From Eledone cirrhosa (Eukaryota): DNA of 64,000 bases. Positions 59,226 to 64,000 of the stretch are shown piece after piece. The translations under genes were made by a program, and so were the position numbers. Under the pieces are notes generated by a model, which did not search any database, was not told the DNA's origin, and was given only the letters and a program-made list of their open reading frames with translations. The stretch is from positions 36,084,001-36,148,000 of the forward strand of contig OZ024759.1 in assembly GCA_964016885.1 (NCBI GenBank), in the 5' to 3' direction. How positions within the stretch are numbered: the stretch's first letter is position 1; every line of letters begins with the position of its first letter.

Positions 59226-59485
59226 AAGTGGTTGTGTAGGTGTCACGACAAAAGTGCCCAGTCCACACTGTAAAGTGGTCATGTAGTGTCACAACAAAAA
59301 GCACCCAGTCCACACTGTAAATGCAGTTGGCATTAGGAAGGGCATCTAGCAACAGAAACCAAGCCAAAATCAGTTCTGTGTGACAGAATCACAGTCCCCC
59401 GACCTGATCATCTCGCACAAAGGGACTACCCGTCCTACCCATGCTAGCATGGAAGATGGACGTTAAACGATGATAATGATGATGA
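59226..59485 (+). mobile_element. SINE/RTE-tail repeat (gttggc.ttaggaagggcatc ... ccatgctagcatggaa..tggacgttaaa(tga)n)
   Basis: Other copies at 6520-6690, 17843-18045, 21880-22075 (-) and 51910-52100 (-). Confidence 0.7.
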
Positions 59486-59539
59486 AAAAACATAAAAATG
59501 GAAAAAGGAATTCACTGAAATAAAAAGTTAACAACATAC

Positions 59540-59725
59540 CAGACTGTCGTAAGATTCGAAGGGTCGTAACTTTATAATGAGTTCTGCCTTCTTCTGTGAA
59601 CAACCAGGAATGGCCATAAGTTCCTCAATTTTGGCTTCATTAAAGAAGGACTGGATTATTTGTTGTTCAGATTGTTTCTCAACAAAGAAGTCTTCAAAAT
59701 CAAGATCTAGATCACAACTACTGCC
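59540..59725 (-). CDS. SMARCAD1: SMARCAD1/Fun30 SNF2-family remodeler, first exon visible in window
   Basis: GSSCDLDLDFEDFFVEKQSEQQIIQSFFNEAKIEELMAIPGCSQKKAELIIKLRPFESYDSL. The CSQKKA..I..LRPF segment is typical of SMARCAD1. Confidence 0.9.
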
Positions 59726-59757
59726 CTAAAAAATACAGTATTACACAACTAACATTA

Positions 59758-59803
<46 letters not shown>

Positions 59804-59858
59804 TAGAGAAAGAGTGAAGAATAAGATGGTCGTCTGTAGAAAAAGGGTTTTATTTACA

Positions 59859-59954
59859 GTATTAACAATTGTTTCATTGATCAGGGGGGTCTAAAGGCTG
59901 CTGATCACTTGACATTAAATACAGTGTGTGTCTCTGATCAAATCATCGGAATAC
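59859..59954 (-). ncRNA. type-I hammerhead motif with one core change (CCGAUGA)
   Basis: GUAUU-CCGAUGA-uUUGAUCAG..CUGAUCAAu-GAAAC-AAUU-GUU|AAUAC. Confidence 0.55.
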
Positions 59955-60039
59955 TTGTTATTCCATACATATATTATATATGCTAGCATGGAAGATAGAC
60001 GTTAAACGATGATGATGATATACATACATATATGTTAAC

Positions 60040-64000
<3,961 letters not shown>

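Overview
AT-rich animal genomic DNA, most likely from a cephalopod such as Octopus; this is inferred from the giant (TA)n tracts and the SINE/LINE types. Nearly all long ORFs in the track are translated microsatellite. Three conserved spliced genes can be read by hand: the last two exons of a TMED9/TMED4-type p24 gene (+), four exons of LPGAT1 (-, N-terminal exon not found), and 15 exons of SMARCAD1 (-, 5' end outside the window). Between LPGAT1 and SMARCAD1 is a small spliced minus-strand gene that the ORF track misses. It encodes a signal peptide, an acidic pro-region and a basic tail rich in dibasic sites, and its internal phase-1 exons occur three times because of a recent ~2.2-3 kb tandem duplication. 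Several short elements within the (TA)n tracts carry type-I hammerhead ribozyme motifs of the Penelope/retrozyme kind. The window also has CR1 and RTE LINE fragments, tRNA-derived SINEs, mariner, piggyBac and Helitron-like non-autonomous elements, minisatellites derived from these elements, and a 200-N gap.
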